Shown here: positions 62,949 through 64,000 of the stretch, piece after piece | Layout of the letters: every line of letters begins with the position of its first letter | Position numbering within the stretch: position 1 is the first letter of the stretch | Assembly: GCA_022605425.2 (NCBI GenBank) | Contig: CM061247.1 | Location: 310,001-374,000, forward strand | Reading direction: 5' to 3' | DNA: 64,000 nt | From: Hamiltosporidium tvaerminnensis FI-OER-3-3 | Lineage: Eukaryota; Fungi; Microsporidia | The notes under the pieces: model-generated | What the model saw: the letters and a program-made list of their open reading frames with translations, nothing else | Told to the model about the DNA's origin: nothing | Database searches by the model: none | Position numbers and translations under genes: made by a program

Positions 62949-64000
62949 ATGATAAATATCAGTTCTGAAATACTCACTAATTCTACTTTTATAAAAGAAA
63001 TTCCGTATTCTCTAAATGAAAAAGCAAATTTTTTATCTAAATATACTATTTTAGCTAAATATATTTTTTATAAGACTACTGATACACATAATAGAATAAT
63101 TTCTACAAAAACACCAATTAAAAATATTTTCTTACTTTCTACTAAATCAAGATTAAACATAATATTTGTTTATAGATATTTTAGAAAAAGTATTTCTCGT
63201 ATATTCATTCTAGAAACTAAAAACTGCAAAAATTATTTTGAAAGTATAACCATATCCTTATTATTAGACATTCTTCAAATATTATACACAAAAGAACAAA
63301 ATATATGTCTCATTACAATAAAAAAGAAAATTATTAAATCTACGATCGACATTTTCGAAGTATATTATTTAAAAAAAAGTTCAAATGCAATATATTTGAA
63401 TAAAGAAGATAATATTTTAAAGGTCAGAAAAAAATTATCGACAATAAACTTCATTTTAAAAAGAAACAGGGAATTAGATTATGAATCTAATTTATATTTA
63501 TTAATGACTTTGAAATATTTATATTCTAAAAATCTATGCATTCCAAACAAAAAGTATAAACTACCTAAAAATATGTGTCAAAATCTTTTAACCGGTATTT
63601 TGATTTCGAAAATATTTAATATTTTTATAATCGATCAAATTCAAATCATCAATATATATTTTTGTTTAAAATTTTGTTTAGAAGAGAATATTTTAGAGAA
63701 GAATAAAGTAAAGAAAATATTTAATAATATTTTTGAGAAATTTAAAGAAAAAGATAATTATTGTAAAAATTTAACTGTAAAATCAACTAAAAGTAAAAAA
63801 CTTTTATTTTCAAAATTAAAATTGTTTAATAAATTACTTAATTTAAAGAAATTATTCAAAAAAATGAATTTTATTTACAAAATAACTGAAAATAATTCCT
63901 TTTACAGTAAAACCTCTAGATTGGATAATCTTAAAGGATATTTAAGTTCAAACAAATCTTTTATAAAAGAAATATCCACGGTGAGTCCTTTTGATCACAA
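62949..64000 (+). CDS. Hypothetical protein, at least 350 aa, truncated by the window end (absent from the ORF track)
   Basis: Manual translation from ATG 62949 (MINISSEILTNSTFIKEIP...) has no stop through ...EISTVSPFDH at 64000. Confidence 0.75.
   Translation, partial: MINISSEILTNSTFIKEIPYSLNEKANFLSKYTILAKYIFYKTTDTHNRIISTKTPIKNIFLLSTKSRLNIIFVYRYFRKSISRIFILETKNCKNYFESITISLLLDILQILYTKEQNICLITIKKKIIKSTIDIFEVYYLKKSSNAIYLNKEDNILKVRKKLSTINFILKRNRELDYESNLYLLMTLKYLYSKNLCIPNKKYKLPKNMCQNLLTGILISKIFNIFIIDQIQIINIYFCLKFCLEENILEKNKVKKIFNNIFEKFKEKDNYCKNLTVKSTKSKKLLFSKLKLFNKLLNLKKLFKKMNFIYKITENNSFYSKTSRLDNLKGYLSSNKSFIKEISTVSPFDH

Overview
Very AT-rich, gene-sparse eukaryotic DNA. The apparently intronless genes often have CCC/GGG-like motifs just before the ATG, which is most consistent with a large-genome microsporidian (inference). 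About 12 host genes are supported: two acyl-protein-thioesterase-like alpha/beta hydrolases, an alpha-actinin-like protein, Rab6/Ypt6, a SCY1-like pseudokinase, an LRR protein, a probable DONSON homologue, a DHHC palmitoyltransferase, a possible ICE1-like protein and three orphans. One orphan runs off the window end and is missing from the ORF track. The rest is a nested transposon landscape. It holds R4/Dong-type RLE non-LTR retrotransposons (one young full-length copy with a TSD plus older copies), a full-length decayed RTE, two Ginger-like integrase relics, a hAT MITE, a Helitron 3' end and three non-autonomous retroposed families. The most notable signals are RNA-structural. (1) A decayed twister ribozyme sits exactly at the 5' end of the RTE, with the TSD boundary at the predicted cleavage site. 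(2) A 240-bp bipartite RTE-derived SINE-like family carries a different, twister-shaped module at the same position. (3) A ~730-bp TSD-flanked non-coding repeat shows compensatory base-pair changes between copies. All alignments were done by eye; no searches were run.
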